DNA of 59,577 nucleotides, the filler included, from Sphacelaria rigidula (Eukaryota), in the NCBI GenBank assembly GCA_964200075.2. It is 4 parts of 4 records of this genome, joined end to end, with 100 filler letters (N's around TTAATTAATTAA, not from the genome) between each part and the next. Parts side by side here need not be neighbours in the genome. Positions count along the whole stretch, not along the records: positions 1 to 14,821 come from CAXNAA020002028.1; 3 more parts are not named here. One strand, written 5' to 3'. Position numbers and translations under genes: made by a program. Shown here piece by piece: positions 1-12,935 of the stretch. Each line of letters starts with the position of its first letter. The first letter of the stretch is position 1. A model generated the notes under the pieces. It was not told the DNA's origin and did not search any database. It saw nothing but the letters and a program-made list of their open reading frames with translations.

Positions 1-27
1 GTGCACTCGTGGATGTTTTTTGAAAAC

Positions 28-228
28 ACAACGAGCATGACTCGTGTGCTCGAGTCATTACTTTTTTTTACAACGAGCAATGACCCGAGTGCTCGCCCTA
101 ATTTTTTTTCCCACAACGAGCAATGACTCGAGTGCTCGCACTATTTTTTTTCCACAACGAGCAATGACTCAAGTGCTCGCCCTGTTCATTTTTTTCAACA
201 ATGAGCAATGACTCGAGTGCTCACCCTA
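28..228. repeat. Tandem array of ~40-43-bp units with palindromic core GAGCAATGACTCGAGTGCTC (5 copies; one more at ~1269-1303)
   Basis: ACAACGAGCAATGACTCGAGTGCTC recurs, separated by short T-rich linkers; the array resumes after the insertion at 233-1259. Confidence 0.9.
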
Positions 229-232
229 TTAA

Positions 233-1259
233 CCCTTTTGGGACCAACCTCCCACTAGCACGGGATTGCCTATGTGTTGTGAAATCATCAAAAATAAGTC
301 AGGGAGCCTGCCCAATCACGGCGAGGCGAAATCTAGCGGCCAGACCCGAACGACCAGCGCGAGGATTGTTGTCGAGTGTGATGTCGCTGTAAATATAGTG
401 TGGGGGCCCTGTTCCTGGCCCAGATCAGCCTTCCCAGGGTTCTAAAGCCAGGGTGCTCGGAGCATGGCTGATTGTATTACCTACATTTAGTATAGCGTTT
501 CCGGGGTTTCCCAGGAGTTCTCTTGGGTCGCCAGGTTACACTAAAACGTAGTAATTACACTAACACAGGGTGAAGTGGGAAAACCGAGAAGGAGTGTACA
601 TGCCGCAATGTGATCACTTTCACGAGGGACTAAACCCAGGTGGGCCGTGGAAAGAGAAAATGAGCTACCGTCATGATTTCTGCTTATCCCTCTGCCGATG
701 ACTTGCAGAACACTGTGAACATGTATGTAGTGGGCTGAGATGAACAAGCTGTGCATTGGCAGCTGATCTCCGTCACTGAGAACTGTCCAAAACGTGCAAG
801 GGGGTATGCAGCGGCAGCTGCTGCTGCATCCGGGGAGGCATACTGCACTTACTGTACACTACTGTATGTGTGTGCGCCGCAACGCCCATACCCTTGAAAG
901 ATAATTTGGTGCATGCAACAAAGAGGGAAATGGCGGCCCACCCCGACCACAAAGGGCTGTGTGGCAAGGTGATGGGGACATTATTATCATCCAAAGCCAC
1001 AAGTGGTGGGCGGCCCGCCGGTCGCGGCATCCTGTTGGAAGCTCTCTACCGCGATCCATACTGCTTGGTACATCAGATGTACATTACCGAAGGCGCACCC
1101 TGCACGTGAAAATAGATTGGATGAAACTTTCGGCCTTCGTCATAAGCCTGCGGTTACACACGCGGATATCCAGCAACACGCCACTGTTTCGTGTAGACGT
1201 CAGCTCCGTCATTCCTGACCAGCCTCATTGGTCGTTCTGGGGGGCCGGTCCCAAAAAAG
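233..1259. mobile_element. Non-autonomous piggyBac-like element (TTAA target site)
   Basis: TTAA(229-232)-CCCTTTTGGGACC ... GGTCCCAAAAAAG-TTAA(1260-1263); interrupts a tandem-repeat unit; no transposase ORF. Confidence 0.75.
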
Positions 1260-1324
1260 TTAATTTTTCCACAACGAGCAATGACTCGAATGCTCGTCCT
1301 ATTAGCTTGTTCCCACAGGAACCG

Positions 1325-1968
1325 TAGGAAGGGTAGGTAGCCGGTACCGGTATTTGGGACATCTCATACCCTACCGATACCGACCCAATCTGGTTTTTTA
1401 AAATGTCATACCTACGATACCTGCGATACCAGGGTATTTCGAGATTTCAATATCTACCGGACCCGCCCAATCCGGTATTTTGAAATCTCATACCTACGAT
1501 ACCCAACGACGTTTTCGTGAGATTGAGAGTAGAGCGCTGATAGAGAGTGGCTTTGGTAATTCGCTTTAACCTAGCCATTTTTTCATTGTGTGTGTGATTT
1601 TCTTTGCCTCTATCACTAGCGTGTGCTTACAGCTACACGTCGATATCCAACTCGGGGATATCAAGGGCCTCAGTGGCAAGTCACGACAGAAAGCATGTCG
1701 GGCCTCGTGGAGGGGGCCTTCCGGAAGTTAAACGATTTATTCACTAATTGACCGCTTTTCACTCTCAATCGTATCCTCTACTCTCAATCTCATGAAAATA
1801 TTGTTACCTACGATACCAGGGTATTTCGAGATTTCAATACCTACCGTACCCGCCCAATCCTGTATTTTGAAATGTCATACCTACGGTAACTACGCATACC
1901 ACGGTACGGGGATACCCCGGTAAATACCGGGGGTACTTCCGGTATTCACCGAACGCGATACACTCCCA
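1325..1968. repeat. Internally repetitive element (ATACCTACG/GATACC motifs; ~1425-1498 duplicated at ~1812-1885)
   Basis: Direct repeat GATACCAGGGTATTTCGAGATTTCAATA..CCCGCCCAATCC.GTATTTTGAAAT.TCATACCTACG; boundaries approximate. Confidence 0.6.
1505..1805. mobile_element. MITE with ~30-bp TIRs nested in the preceding repeat
   Basis: AACGACGTTTTCGTGAGATTGAGAGTAGAG / CTCTACTCTCAATCTCATGAAAATATTGTT. Confidence 0.7.
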
Positions 1969-3934
1969 ACGATGCAACAGCTGGTGCCAACTCACGCTGA
2001 GGCCAGGAGCTGTCGGAGCAGGTACGTCTTGTTTTCACAAGTAATTAATACCCAGATTCCCCCTGATTTTCGTGTTTGGATCAAATCGAATGAACTGTTC
2101 TTATGTCGTCTCATGTTTTTGGTGTATGGGTATAGATGTTAGATCATCATTTGAAGGTATACATTGTTCCATGTCGAAGATGGGCATCATACGCGATAAT
2201 ATTCCCCATGCAAGCAAACAAGCAGAAAAAGAACGAAAATGAGGAAAAACAAATAAAACGAGGGGTCGCAGGAGGCATATAATCAATATACACAACAATG
2301 TGCCGTAAATTCTGCGAAATTGCCGGGTGCTCTGAATGAAAAAATACAACTACACATAGAGGGTCAGACCCTACTCTTGCGTACTACTGCACCTGCTCTC
2401 ACGTACTACTGCAATACGTTGGTGCCAGGAATTACGGCCCTACCTTCTCGAAATGAAAATCGAATCATTCAATTTCAACTTGGCACATATTACTGTACTA
2501 GTTTCAGAGCGCTTTAGTCTCCGCACCCGCGTCAACAACCACGAAAATCACCACGCGGTATCCATGATCGATCTATGGATTGGGTGTCTATCCCTGTCAG
2601 CAGATTACAACAAATTCGGTTACAACAAATTCGGTTGTGATCAGGGCGCAGAGCATAAAAAAATGAAAAATCATGCAAATGTCCGACAGCAGCAAGGAAG
2701 AAGAGTCCCACGTATTGCACGTGAAGAACAAAAACAAAACTTGGCCAAATAAAATGCTACTTGCATCGCTCCAATAGCATATGGGCGCAGGGATATCGCG
2801 TCAGCTGCCATTCGCGCTGGCTCTCGTTCTCTCCCTCGGTCTGGGGTGCATGGTATGGCTCACCTCCCACAGACAGGGGTAAGTCAAAGTGAATTAAAAT
2901 ATCTTCTCGCGAAACGCGATCATGGCCGAGCGTTTGAAAATCGCCACTGGGCAAAAATCGAGGACCCACCCGAAATCAGGGGAATAACTATCGAATGGGA
3001 CATGTTCTGTACCACTGTGCTGCAGCGCGAACATAGTCATGCGCTGTCTTGTGTGCTGTAGGTGTCGCTGCGCTGTGGCGTCTTCAGGCCTTTGTGGAGA
3101 CGGTTTGATCTCCGCTGGGAGTGCCTGAGTTGCTTTACAGTGTCATTCCGTTCGTCTCTGGGAAAAATAATGTTGTCGGCACGCAGTGCTCTCTACATAC
3201 CGTTGAAACGTTCATGGTGTGTTGGCTGTTTCGTCTCGAGTCAAAGGAATAAGGCGCTCCCCAAACCCATCGTTTCTATGCTATAGTTCTCGCTGTGCTG
3301 TTGGGCATCTTAAACACTCTGTCATACGACGATCACGATGCGATGTGCCCTGGAGAGTGCCTGAGCAGTTGTACTGCTGCATGCCGTGTTGCAGGCTGCA
3401 CATAAATGGGGTGGGATCAAGGTGCTGTCGAAACAAAGGAAGGCTGGAACAATCGTCACGTGACGGCTGTACAGCTGTCTGTTGAGTCTTCTCTGGTACT
3501 TCAGTTATAGTCGGGTGCTGTGATCGGGGAAGACACGCCAGGCGGGTGCGTGCAGGTTGGGACAAACAAACTGAGCCAGCACGGAGCTGCTGTATCCTCG
3601 TATATTTCCGGTAGCAGCTGTCTGTGTCGCAACGGCGCAATGTGTGGACCAATCAAAGCTGCTTCTTGACTCATGTCCCACTCATATCTCTCATCTTATT
3701 GAAGAAAGGTCGCCGCCTCTTGGTGTACTTGAAGACTCGAATTGGTCGAGAAACCTTTCCACTCATGAATCTTGCCCCTATCCGTTGGCCCAGTGCCGAA
3801 AAATGATATTCTTGACAATATTCCACGGTTTCTCCGTTCTCTACCGGCTCCCGGGGGTCCCAGTATGAAAACCCCCGGGAGCCGGTATATGATGCCCTGA
3901 AAGAAACATAATAGATAATGCGTCCCGGGATAGT

Positions 3935-4720
3935 CCAAGGAACACATGTACAAAGTTTGGTGGAGAAAATCGAAAAACTCATACACTTCTTCTTGCCTTG
4001 ACGTGAAATTCACCGAAGGAGACGTTTTCATACTAAATCCAAGTAGTTAGGACATATTCGTTCCCAGCTCACGTCCTCCACAAACGCGCAAACCTTCACG
4101 CCGTTGTAAGGAGTTGAATCCTGAAACTTTGCAGAAATATGCTATGTGTCATTACGCAACTTTCTGTGGACAATTTTTTTCGGGGGTCTGACGGGATCGA
4201 AGTTGTTTTTCGAAGTAGTCTCCATTCTGGGACCCCGGAAAACCGGAACTACGTTTTTTTTTCTTCAATTTTTTGCGCACGACTTGTCGCCGCATAGCCC
4301 GAGGAAGGGCTCCACCAAATTTCGTCGCAAAAATCAATCAACTCATGCTTCAAACGCCGTTTTGGTACAAAAATCAAGTAGTTTGCTGTTTCACCGCGGT
4401 ACGCCAAGGTTTATCGCACAGGAGTGAAAAACCTCACACGCCGTTTTGAGGAGTTAGACCCTGAAATTTTGCACAGCTGCTCTATGGGTGATCTACGCAA
4501 CTTTGCAATAACTAGATTTTCAATTTTTAATTTTCACCTTTTTACGGGGATCCGATTGGATCGATGTTTTCCCGAAAACACCTCGTTCTTCGAAAGTTGC
4601 GCGACGACCCATGGAACAGCTGTGCAAAATTTCAGAGGCTAACTCCTTGAAACGGCGTGAGGTTTTGCCGATGAGTGTTTTTTGGATGATGAGCGTGAAT
4701 CAGCTCGTACGAGCTGGGCC
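3935..4720. repeat. Dispersed foldback-like repeat (related copy at ~14675-14780)
   Basis: AGGAACACATGTACAAAGTTTGGTGGAGAAA shared with ~14676; CACGCCGTT..GGAGTT..CCTGAAA.TTTGCA unit direct at ~4097 and ~4437 and inverted at ~4617-4665. Confidence 0.6.
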
Positions 4721-5633
4721 AACTGACATTGATTTGCGAGTGTATCCGGGCCGGGCGGTGGATAATCCGAAGCGTTGAGCGCTGAAATTTTGACGCAACA
4801 TTTTCGTTATCACAACGCACAACCTTCGCGGGGATGCTAAGAAAAAACAGAACAGAAAGTTGGAGCGATTTGAAGTTTCGGCAAAAACAAGAAAAATGCT
4901 TTTAACTCCGTGAATATAAAGAAATACAGGAACATCCCTAGTGTAGTTGTGCGTCTCGTGTGGTGGAGATCCTGGTGCATTTTCGGCCAAAACTTTCAGA
5001 AATTTGGCGCAGCATCCAACTTTTCGTGTGGCCCGGCTGCGCTCCTTTAATCCAAGTGATGCAGTTGACTGCAGTTATGAAGGCCACGAGTTCGAATCCC
5101 GATGGATTCCTTTCTCTTTGCTCCCTTGGTTGGGTGATACACTATGCAGTACATTTTCTTCCATTTTTTTTTTCACTCAGCGGCGGTCCCGTGCGTTACC
5201 ACGTTGGCCTGCCGATGTACTCAAGTCGGGCTGATTTGGTAAACTTGAGAAGTCATGGTGTGACATGTAAATGCGGGGTTTACTGCTGGCCCAGCTCGTA
5301 GCAAAATTAGTTCGATTCTTTGGGCGAGTGCCGTTGTTGTTTTTGTTACCGTCTTGACTTATATTAGCCCTTTTCCAGAAATCTATCGCCCGTGGTCATA
5401 AAGCTGTGGCACAAAATTTCCCGAGTACAAGGATTACAAAAATATAATGCCCACAAACAGGGGGGAGGAAGGGGCGCTCCCAAGAGTGGTGGTCTACGAA
5501 ACACGTCAGCGAAAAAATATACTACGCGAGAATATACTTACGGCGCTAGAAAAAACAGAGCGTGCTTCCTCGCGATATCAATTATGACAACAGCTCTTTG
5601 AATCACCTCGATTTTTTTTCTTTCTTTTCGCAG

Positions 5634-5929
5634 AATGTCACGCGCGTGGAAGAAGGGAGGTTCCAGCGGGGAGACCCGAGTTGCTTGAAGGGCGTGGAGG
5701 ATATGGTGAAGATGGATATTTTGACCGTGGGATCTGTGCTGCACAATCTGAGAGTCCGATATACCAATGAGAACATTTATACCTCGGTTGGCTCGATCCT
5801 GGCGGCGATCAACCCATACGTGGTCATCCCGTCGCTCTACGACGAGGAGAAGATGAATCTGTATGCCAACATGGCTACCGACGCGGGAGCGCCGCCGCAT
5901 CCTTATGCGCTCATGGAGCTAGCCTACAG
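5634..5929 (+). CDS. Myosin motor domain, first visible exon
   Basis: EDMVKMDILTVGSVLHNLRVRY..IYTSVGSILAAINPY..PPHPYA are myosin head motifs; polypyrimidine+CAG acceptor; AG|GT donor phase 2. Confidence 0.95.
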
Positions 5930-6930
5930 GTGATTTATGTTTCTGTGAAAGGGTGGATAGAGAAGGGAAGAGAGAGGGTTAACGATGTGAAAAGTAGACA
6001 ACCCGCTACGTCGTAGTGTCCTAGATTTTTTTCATTCTCCCTTGAAGGAAAGAAGAAACCTCGCCCAACACTACCCTCGTGAACGGGTTCGTATGTCCAT
6101 GACTCGAAGGCTCAGCTAGACCGCCTCGCTGCAGTCATTTGGGGTAGGCGCCTCGAGCGTTCGGAAAGCTTTGCTCAAGGCAGTGTGGGGGTCGAACCGA
6201 TTATTACCTCCTGTCCAGTTGGCGCATGCACACACCGCCCTACTCTGATGAGCTTCGAGCCTAGGAACAATGAGTCGAAAAAAAACACGTCTTGCACGTT
6301 TTTCCACATGAGGAAGAACGCACCCGCGGTAACGGCATCAGCGAGAAGCCGGTGAGTACCGCTGTTGAACACAGCCTACCTCGTGCTGTGTATCATCGCG
6401 CCGCACACTTCACGTAACCGAAGAACGTCATGACTGTTGGTTCTGCGTGTCAAACAAACGGTTTTTCACCTCTCGTGTTTCTTGTGCAAACGGACTTTGT
6501 GGTGCAGAGCCTGCACACACGGCAGAATCAGAAGGAACTGCCAGCGCACACTTCACCTAGGGCACCCTCTGTACCCCTCGCGCCTGAGGGTTATCTCATG
6601 CCTTGGTCGAGGTTAGGGCTAGAGCAAGCTTTCAAGGTTGGCGGCACCATATTTATACAACAAATCATAGTTTCCTGCCAATTGGGAAACAGCCCTCTGC
6701 CGTGTGTTCAGGCTCTGCACCACAAAGTCCTGTGCGACCTAAATTAGAAGGAACTGAGACCGTCAGCCCCTCTAAGAATCCAAAATCGGTGTGCGTTCTA
6801 AAATCGAGTAATACCCATTGTTTCGACCTTTTTTGGTAAGCTCTATTGGCATGGCGCGGGCGCGTGACACCCCATGTCCGTCGATGTAATTTTGCCCCAA
6901 CGCACGTGAAAAACACATATGAGAAGATAT

Positions 6931-7268
6931 GTGTGCCTTGTGTTGTCGTCCCATCTGTTCTGGACGCCGGTCTACACCTTCCCGTATATGTGGGCGCACC
7001 AGCCGGGGTCACACAGGAGGAAGGTCAACACAGGAGTTTTTCATTGGTTTGTTTGCTTTCAGCACCCCACCTTCCTTTTGCGGTGCTTGCCTTTTCTTTT
7101 ATATCGCGAGAGGAATTCAGCATTCCCTTTCCCTCGTCGACCGGTAAGTCGGCCTTTGTTTACCCACGACATGGTCGCTCTCCACCGTTGGGCATGGTAT
7201 GATGAAAAATCCTTGATCGCTCTGAGATTTGAACCTACGACCCAACTGAGCCACCGGGGTGACCGGCT
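6931..7268 (-). mobile_element. tRNA-derived SINE copy A
   Basis: Minus strand has A-box GGTGGCTCAGTTGG and B-box GGTTCAAATC; body and CA-rich tail homologous to 44079-44450 and 47225-47446. Confidence 0.75.
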
Positions 7269-7509
7269 AGATACATGAAAATTACCGGGCACGCGGCTTA
7301 CGTACAAGAGCTCGAAGTCCGCACTGGCATTGTTTTGGTCCGTGGTGATCCCGAAGGGAGTTTGAAATTCCGACTTTTTCCTTCACTCATGTATCAGTGC
7401 AGACAAATATTGGACAATAATCACGTTTGTGTTGCGTGTGCGCTTGTTCACACCGGAGGCCGATCTTTTCCACGTTTTGTGTGTGTGTGTGTGTGTCTTT
7501 TAACCCTAG

Positions 7510-7663
7510 GGGCTTGATCATGGACCGACGCAGCCAATCGGTGCTCATCAGCGGGGAGTCTGGGGCGGGGAAAACGGAAACGACCAAGTACCTGCTATCG
7601 TACCTGTCACACAGGAGTAGCACTATGGAGCGTGATCGGCGTGCTGCTGATCCAGCGGTCGAG
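7510..7663 (+). CDS. Myosin exon with P-loop
   Basis: SQSVLISGESGAGKTETTKYLLSYL; TAG|G acceptor is phase-compatible; GAG|GTAATG donor. Confidence 0.96.
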
Positions 7664-10367
7664 GTAATGTACCAATCCTGGACCTCATCCCTGACCCTAC
7701 CCACACGTCCCTGCCCTAGCCCTAGCCGAAACCCCAAACCTGTAGAAATGAGGGTTGTTCGTAGGGGAAATATCCGAAGACGTCAGCGCGCCTGGCTGTC
7801 TCCTGGGCCGCAGTTTAGGACGTCGGAGCGCTTGGGTTGTAAAAAAATGTAGTGCGTACAGAATGGAATCTGTTGTCTATCGCAATAGACGAAATAGTCG
7901 ATATAGTTATATCTGCTCCAGGCTGGGCCGCCGAAGACGCGGACTTCCCTTCAGCCGGTTCTAACGGACGATCTATCCCGAGTTGTGCCTACTATGACAC
8001 ATCGTGGTAATCTGCAAGTCAATGCGCGTCAATCACTTCACGTAGCAGTGCGATCTGACAAGTTCCCATCAAACGAAATATCAAACTGTAGTCAGCTACG
8101 AAGTGTCGAGAGTTGAGGGTGGCATGTGCGGCGGAATTGAGGGGAAAAAACGGCTGAAATCGCTTTCACGGTTACAGTCGGTTGTGCCGCGGCCGAAAAG
8201 TAATGATACTGCACTAGTTGTGGTTGTACAACAAAGCATGTCGTAGTGTACGCGCGCAGGGTCTGAGATGGCACGCAGACGAGACCTCCAGCGCCCCAGG
8301 GCGTCGGGCTTGTAGAAAACGTCAAAGTACGGCTGAGGTTGTTGCCCTCTAAAAGCAAGTGAACCGGTTCTCGACAGAAAAACGCGATTTCACTGCTCAA
8401 TTTCAAGTCGTTTTCCATGAATTTTCGACACAATATATATAGTAGATATATGTGATGCTCCTACCGTTTCCTCCTCTTTGATTATATTTTTTCCTCGTGA
8501 GTTATTGGTGATGTAAATTTCGGGACAATTTTTCCTGGTACAAAAGCGTCGACAACTCATTGAAGAAAACAAAAAATATCAGGGGGGGGACGATAAAACT
8601 TCACAGCATACATCATGCGCATCGTGTCAGAATTTCGTTGGAAAATACGTGAAATTGAACAGCACATCCGCGTTTCATTTTTTTCGTGGCTGGTCCATCT
8701 CCACATAAGAACCGGTCTTCGACCCGAACCCGCGATTCAGCAGCTCAATTGTGGATTGTTTTCTATGAGATTTTGACACGTTGTACAGGATGTTTGTGCA
8801 AAGACTCCACCTTATGCCCCCGACATTTTGTTTTTTCTCTCCGTGAGTTATCGGCGACCAAATATTTCAAAACAAATTAATTCGGAACAGAATCGTGAAT
8901 AACTTCCGAAAAAAACGGGAAAAATGTAGGGGGCAGAAAATAGAGTCTTTATACGTGCGTCTTGTACATCGTGTTAGAATTCCATAAAGAACAACCCAAA
9001 ATCGAGCTGCTAAATCGCGTGTTCACATCCCTGTCCGCGTCTTGGGCGACCCAGCCTGTACATGGGTACACAGATATACCATATTCGCAACGACGTCAAA
9101 TGAATACTGGGGTTTTTCCCTCGGGCAAGAAAATCAAGGAAGGAGTTTTACCGCGGCGCAGGAAGGCGATAGCTCGCGGAGGGTGGAGTCCCTTGCTGCC
9201 CATGCAGAGAACATCGACTCTGCTGTGCCCCCCCCCCCCCCCCCCCCCGTTCTCCCCACTCCTTGCAAGCAAGTGTGAGCTAAGCACTTACCGTTACGTG
9301 AACTACAACTGGAAAAAATCGGAATAGTTTCCGCGATAATGTCGTCGGAAGCCCACCGTTGGAAGATGCTTGGCCTGAATGTATAATCCTGTAATAGGAT
9401 TTGGGGGGGAGGGGGGGCTGACTGTGCACTACTCGGATTTCCCTCCGGAGAAACTATACCTCATGTGGTCATGAACATTTTCTCCCTGATAAGGCTTTAC
9501 AGCCTGCTGCATGCAACCATCAAGATATGTGACAGGCTCTGCATACGGCGCCGTCATGAAGCCTGCAGAGGAAGCGAAGCGACGTTCGTCTGATCAGGTG
9601 GTTTTTCTGATGTTTCGTTCGGTGTTGCCGTGTTTCGATCCCTCTTCGCCATCATCTTCTCTTCCCATTTCGTCGTCTTATTTCTCCACCCCCTTTTTTT
9701 TTGTCGCCATTCCTTTCTTTTCCCCATTTTTTTTGTGTTCTCTTCTCTTGTTTTCGTTGCCCCCGTCTTTTCTTTTCTTTCTCGTCGCTCTCCGTCTCTC
9801 GTCTCCCTCTCTGTCGCTGCTGCATACCATATCGTCTTCAATCACCTTCTTGGTTCCCCTTACCCCACCGCCCAGCAGGAACGCGCCGTCAACACCAACG
9901 GCAGTCCCTCTATGCGAGAATTAGTTGCTCAAAACAGCAGTAACAGCACCGGGCGGACGACTTCAGAACGAATAAAAGGGGTATGTTCTGAGTTTGCCCC
10001 CTAAATCTCCGCCGATTCTACTTCCGTTCCCACTTTGTCCGGTCCGGTTCGGTCCGCTTTTTACTTGTCAGTGATACAAGTTATTCACGTGGGTGAACGG
10101 ACGGTGTACGGCAAATCCCGGGCTGTGTCCTGAACAACAACCGATTAGGGCGTGGAACAGCGGGCCGCCCTCGAATGTTTTGGTTAAATTTTGTCTTGAA
10201 ATTAGACCCCGGATTTTGAAAAATGCGTCGACGGCGAACCGATGCTTCCCGATCTAGAGCTCGCGGGATGCAATCAGGCGGTCGTACCAACCCACTGAGC
10301 ATCGACCGACCCGGAATAAAGCGGGCCGGACCGGACCAGACCAGACCCGAGGTTGAACCTGCTTCCC

Positions 10368-10475
10368 CCCTTCGACCACTAGGGTAGGCGATCTGCGAAA
10401 TAGGCAGTGTTTACGGTTCATCAATACGGAAAATGATGCCGATTCAACAAATCGCCTACCCTAGCGGTGAAAGGG
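10368..10475. mobile_element. Small hairpin MITE, TTAA-ended (piggyBac-like)
   Basis: CCCTTCGACCACTAGGGTAGGCGAT / ATCGCCTACCCTAGCGGTGAAAGGG-TTAA; shares AAAATGATGCCGATTCA with 46435-46551. Confidence 0.6.
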
Positions 10476-10655
10476 TTAACTCGTCGATCACCAGCATAGG
10501 TCAACGGTCGATCGGCATCAATTCGCTTGGAAAGTTCATGCATGATCCAGATGACCTACCCTGACGATCGAGGGGTTGATGGCAGTTGTACCCCTATTGG
10601 AGATCCGAGAAAGTATTCCCAAGGAAAAATCCTTCCGATGACGATGGAAGATGTC

Positions 10656-10867
10656 CAAGGGCAGGTCGAGTAGAGTATACTCAATTGCGGGGTATTTGAA
10701 AAGTCGTACTTGACGTACACAAATTGGAGGTAGGGTTTTAGGGATCGCTTTCCAGTTATTTTTTTGGGTACGAGTCCTAACACTCTACCCTCATTTGAGT
10801 ACCGGTACCTCGAGTGCGTCTTTCAAAATACCCCACCTTCGAGTATGCTCTACTCGACCTGCCCTTG
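10656..10867. mobile_element. hAT-type MITE with perfect 8-bp TSD
   Basis: TIRs CAAGGGCAGGTCGAGTAGAG / CTCTACTCGACCTGCCCTTG; TSD AAGATGTC at 10648-10655 and 10868-10875. Confidence 0.9.
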
Positions 10868-11011
10868 AAGATGTCCGGTCGGGATACTAGCAGCCGATCT
10901 CTAGTGCGGCGTGCACCTTGCTGATCGCGTAACGAGGCCGTCGGTTACTGCCAGATGATCCCGTTGGTCACTAGTGGCTCAATGGCATCCGCCTCCATCC
11001 CCCCTCGCGTG

Positions 11012-11059
11012 AGGTCACTGGTCTTATGACTATGGCATGCATGATCATGAGTACACACA
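11012..11059 (+). mobile_element. Extremely 5'-truncated non-LTR retroposon end with 11-bp TSD
   Basis: ATGACTATGGCATGCATGATCATGAGTACACACA flanked by CCCCTCGCGTG at 11001-11011 and 11060-11070; other copies at 23381, ~26436(-), 44761. Confidence 0.7.
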
Positions 11060-11885
11060 CCCCTCGCGTGCGGCAAAATCGACGACGATTCGTAGATCAA
11101 AACGTAACTTCTCGCGCAAAGCGTCCCGCGTTCGACCGGTGGACCTCTCGGGTGTTGGGGGGGGGGGGGCAGGGGGTCAGCCGTGACGATAGATGCGGGG
11201 GGCATCGAATGCCATCGGTGATTTGTATCTTGTGTGAACACGTGCGATCAGTGGACATTCGTGAAAGTTGACGAAAAGGATCAGTGACTGCGTATGTGTG
11301 TCAGAGAGGAAGAGATGCCCTCTGCCGGCTCCGATGACTCTTGAGGCACCCTACTGGTTCTGGTGACGGATGATGGCTGTACCGTGTGAACCGAAAACGA
11401 ATCGACGGGGGCTTCTACCACCCGCTTGTTCCGCGGCCGCTACTGTCATCATTTGTGATCGATGCTTTTGCCGTCGGCACGAATCTCTTCGTTTTGTGGC
11501 ATCCTTCTGCGATCGTGTCGCGGTCCGTGTTTGCGACCCGGTCTTTTTGCCGTTGATTTGCGATCCGTTTGCGTATCCCGTTTCTCGCGGTGCCTCTCGT
11601 GTTGGTATCCGTGTTGCAGCCCCTTGTGATTTTTTCTGTTTCCTCTTGTACGGTGCCCGTGTTCCATTTGTTTCAAAGTTCCCGTGATCTCTGGAGGTTG
11701 TGTTGGGGGTATGCCATCACTTGTATTCGTGCTTTTGTAACATCTCCGTTTCTGCCACGCTATCTTTCGATAGGTGTGTCAACTTTTTGCCCCCCCCCCT
11801 CCCCCCGCCCCGTGCGTAACGCACATGCCTTTTTTTTGCCCCCTTTTCGGTGCGGACATTACCTTGTTCGTTCGTGTTTGATCAG

Positions 11886-12020
11886 ATCCGCCGTAATAGC
11901 ATCGGAGGGCGGTTCAGCGTGGAGGATAGCGTTGTGATGTCTAATCCTGTCATGGAGGCGTTCGCGAACGCAAAAACTACCCGAAACCATAACTCCAGTC
12001 GATTCGGGAAGTACATTCAG
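11886..12020 (+). CDS. Myosin exon with switch I
   Basis: [30 protein letters not shown] acceptor, CAG|GT donor. Confidence 0.96.
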
Positions 12021-12094
12021 GTGTGTACACTGCAAATATTTGTATCGTGATACTATATAGCGACAGTCATGTTTATATATATATATATATATAT

Positions 12095-12420
12095 ATTGAT
12101 TGATTGTCGCACTTTAACTGGCTCCCCAGGGGTCCCGCCGTGGTCTCATGATGGACGTACTCAAGAAAAAATGAATTCAGAATTCAAACACGCTCTGAGG
12201 AAAAAGAACAGAAAACAACAGGAACAGAAAAAAAAAAAGTAAGAGGGGACGAACAGAACGACATAGCAGACTTAGTCGTGATGAAAAAAGTAATGAACAT
12301 TCAGCACAAGCAAAGCGCAGGAAGAAATGACCAACCTAAAGAAAGGAAGAGGAAATCAAGAGGGAAGTGCAAATTAAATTATAAAATACACTGAAACGAT
12401 GGAAAAAAAGGGGAAAAAGT
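12095..12420 (-). mobile_element. LINE/SINE 3' end with (TCAA)n tail
   Basis: Reverse complement TACGTCCATCATGAGACCACGG..GGACCCCTGGGGAGCCAGTTAAAGTGCGACAATCAATCAA matches 57180-57250; far boundary approximate. Confidence 0.6.
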
Positions 12421-12935
12421 ATTGATATATTAAATACCATCCCCTGGAATCCAAAACACTTGACACCATAATTGGCGTGATATCATATACTTCGTAAAAT
12501 TTTGTGATTTATCGATGTATCGGTGTGGGTTAATGCCTGATGAAGGTGGGCGATGTGGGTGACAATCATTTTTTCAAACGAAAAGTAAGCCAATTGAAGA
12601 GATGATCCCATCCTGGCGGTGGAAATAGTCGAGCCCTTCGACTACCAGCCTCGGCTCGTAACATCCTGGCTCTTTGTTTTGTGTGTTCACCGGCCTGTTT
12701 GTCCGTCTGTGCGCGTGTGTCCACGTGTCGGTGTCCTTCCGGTGGGCGGGGGGGGGGGGGGGGGCGGCTAGGGTAAAAGGAGAGGGGGGACGGTTGGGGG
12801 GGGGGAACGGGGGGTGGGGAGAAGCAATATTTGGGGGAAAAGATGGGNNNNNNNNNNGTCGGTGGCGGGTCGGGGGGCGGGGGGGCAGGGGTGGCGGGGG
12901 GGGGGGAGGGGGGGCTAGTGCGTCATACGTCAAAG

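Noticed and set aside
28..228. CRISPR-like array of palindromic repeats
   Set aside because: Spacers are short, T-rich and similar to each other; no cas genes; eukaryotic context.
1972..2021. Candidate first myosin exon (ATG...AG|GTACGT)
   Set aside because: Splicing it to 5634 does not keep the myosin frame and hits stops.
5025..5110. tRNA gene (B-box GAGTTCGAATCCC); similar box at ~49305
   Set aside because: No complete cloverleaf; more likely decayed SINE heads.
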